From Saccostrea cucullata (lineage: Eukaryota), in contig NW_026922157.1 of assembly GCF_032062105.1 (NCBI RefSeq), positions 62,001 to 126,000 on the forward strand: a DNA stretch of 64,000 nt, written 5' to 3'. A program made the translations under genes and the position numbers. Below the pieces are notes generated by a model that was not told the origin of the DNA, searched no databases, and saw nothing but the letters and a program-made list of their open reading frames with translations. The first letter of the stretch is position 1. Each line of letters opens with the position of its first letter. Positions 63,001 through 64,000 of the stretch are shown here, piece after piece.

Positions 63001-64000
63001 TCCAGTAATTGTTTGTCAATGTTTCTTCAGACAATTAAAGTGCTGGCTATATGTAAGTACTGCATTAATTGCGATTAAAAATGAATATTCTTTTCTGGTC
63101 AATCCTTGGAAGTGCAAAAGGTCACACTGAAAATTTTTATAAAATTGTCAAACAAGAACATGATTTTTTTACATTGCAAATAAAAGATAAATTTACCTTC
63201 TTTCAGGATACTTATCAAAAAACTTACGCAAAATGTATAGAGGGGTAATTTTCACTACAGCTATATTTATTTGTTTCTCTCCTTTCAGTTGTTTCTTCTA
63301 TAGTATCATTCATCACTTTTCCCCCTTTCATTCACTCTTTTAACAAAAAGATTGCAAGGATCACTGAAACTTAAAGTATATAAGTGGTCTATTGGTTAAT
63401 CGGTCACCTATAGCTAAAACGCACGCAAAGTTCAATTTTGACACTACTAGTATTTTCCCGATGTTTTGCATTTGTTTATTTCTTCATGTTTCCTAATCTC
63501 CTAATTTGACCTTTTTTAAAGATTTAATTTAATTATATGTCTGCTTTGGTTACCGGCAGTAGTATAAGAACCACAACTCCCATTCAAAACAACATTTGCA
63601 TTTAACCCATTAAAAGCTTGGACAGTTTATCTCTCTTAGTAACCAAGCCTGATCGATGATATTGTAATTTCACTATTTTAAATCCATATACAGCACAACT
63701 CTTCCTCTATCCTATTTTATAAATTGAAAAAGCAGATAAACTGATTTTGATTTAAAAATGGCTCGGGGATTTTTGATTTATACAATATGTGTGTATAATT
63801 ATAAGTAAATACATGTGTATAGACTAAACTCACCTCAATCATTGTAGCAAACACAGTGCATTTGTGTTGTTCCCTCTCACACAACAGTGTTCAAAATTTT
63901 CTTCCGTTATAACTAAAAAAATATTTATTATGATGAATGCCATAAGATATAAGATACACGTTTGTTACATTTATTCAATGGTTTTAAGGCTTATGAAAGC

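Overview
AT-rich, intron-containing eukaryotic DNA. The gene families and repeat landscape suggest a bivalve mollusc, probably an oyster (inference). Genes spliced by hand: (1) an intact 5-exon secreted PAN/apple-like + fibrinogen-domain protein (+, 4447-7885); (2) a 9-exon PhyH-family 2OG-Fe(II) dioxygenase (-, 12631-16390), frameshifted in exon 4 in this sequence, with a decayed head-to-head paralog (+, ~32376-34195); (3) two tandem ninjurin genes (-), one intact and one disrupted by a TAA-target MITE and a frameshift, with a solo LTR inserted upstream of the latter; (4) an orphan terminal exon of a receptor tyrosine kinase (46332-46505); (5) the first 8 coding exons of a Sema-PSI plexin/MET-like receptor (+, from 50515, incomplete). 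The rest is dense with transposons: Penelope-like RT relics, tRNA-derived SINEs, Helentron/HINE-like elements with satellites, and mariner-, Kolobok-, Harbinger- and Crypton-like non-autonomous elements. The most novel-looking item is an internally deleted Ty3/Gypsy element (28084-31949, -). It carries, in the env position, an extra ORF encoding two C2H2 zinc fingers, twin acidic EDISSDEE motifs and a probable SIM plus NLS, and its junctions lack a canonical TSD. No prokaryotic features or CRISPR arrays were found. Coordinates were counted by eye, and repeat boundaries are approximate.
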